Below are positions 63,407 to 64,000 of a stretch of 64,000 nt of DNA, one piece after another. Source of the DNA: a virus; the IMG/VR virus record IMGVR_UViG_3300027741_000001; one strand, written 5' to 3'. Position numbers and translations under genes: made by a program. Below the pieces are notes generated by a model. That model was not told where the DNA came from. It made no database searches and saw only the letters and a program-made list of their open reading frames with translations. How positions within the stretch are numbered: the stretch's first letter is position 1; every line of letters starts with the position of its first letter.

Positions 63407-64000
63407 ATGTCAAAAATTTTATTAACTGGTATGACTGCACCTCAGTCTTCTTTAAATGCCAATACAAGAAATTTAAGTTTTTCTTCAACTATTAACATGG
63501 CACTTCAAAATTCTGGCCATACCGTAGTTTGGGCAGATCCTAAGATCGACATAACAAAAGACGAATTAGATTCGTACGACTCCGTAATTGTAGGTATTGC
63601 ACCGGTTACCAGCCTTAGTGCAAATAAAATATACGGAGCTTTAAATATAATCAATCTTCTCTGGAGCTCAGATAAACTTAACCTACTTATAGATGCTCCA
63701 AACGTATCTCAAATAACAACTTCTTTAAGATCTGTAAAAAATAATCCAGACACTTTAACTAAAGATTTTTTCTCAAATAAAAAAGGCTATTCTTCTGTAG
63801 TAAATAATCAATTATTAAAGACAAGTATTTTAAAAGCTATAGATTTATTGCTGGAACAAGATTGGCCTACCACACTTGTACCTGTATTACCTTGGAAACA
63901 GAACTATTCAGATAAAGAATTAAATCTTCCAAAATCAGCAAAGAAATCAATAACTTATTTAAATTTAGATTCCCATTTAATTGAAGATCCAATTAATTCA
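63407..64000 (+). CDS. Partial ORF, possibly GT-B/Rossmann-like
   Basis: MSKILLTGMT...ALQNSGHTVVW...DSYDSVIVGIAP; appears open to the window end. Confidence 0.55.
   Translation, partial: MSKILLTGMTAPQSSLNANTRNLSFSSTINMALQNSGHTVVWADPKIDITKDELDSYDSVIVGIAPVTSLSANKIYGALNIINLLWSSDKLNLLIDAPNVSQITTSLRSVKNNPDTLTKDFFSNKKGYSSVVNNQLLKTSILKAIDLLLEQDWPTTLVPVLPWKQNYSDKELNLPKSAKKSITYLNLDSHLIEDPINS

Noticed and set aside
1-64000. Stop-codon reassignment
   Set aside because: Conserved genes are full length in the standard code and all three stops are used

Overview
A 64 kb segment of a large, AT-rich dsDNA phage. The host is most likely an actinobacterium, inferred from WhiB, ClgR-like, DUF3039-like and MSMEG_6728-like genes. 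Layout: (1) 1-3.2 kb: start of terminase large subunit, a peptidoglycan-binding protein and NlpC/P60. (2) About 3.2-19.3 kb: a minus-strand array of short cassettes, each with a sigmaA-type promoter, small ORF(s) and an RNA structure. This block is strongly depleted of several 4-bp palindromes and looks like an early or host-takeover module. (3) 19.3-26.4 kb: small genes, a CHAP-like protein and a TerS-like gene. (4) A divergent, largely non-coding switch at 26.4-27.1 kb. (5) A PA14/coiled-coil protein, an M23 lysin, and glycosyltransferase/sugar genes. (6) An RNA cluster at 39.9-41.6 kb with tmRNA, an atypical initiator-type tRNA-Met and several unexplained structured RNAs. (7) WhiB, class II RNR, and collagen and Gly-rich fibre genes. 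(8) A replication module: PolA, RuvC-like, SNF2 helicase, PD-(D/E)XK nuclease, Sak4-like ATPase and SSB-like. The best candidate for an undescribed system is an RNA layer in the early region. It has seven dispersed 28-nt H-type pseudoknots with compensatory changes in both stems. It also has intergenic hairpins whose loops are complementary to ribosome-binding and leader sequences of the phage's own early genes, three of them directly 5' of a pseudoknot. All calls come from manual reading and motif recognition; no searches were run.
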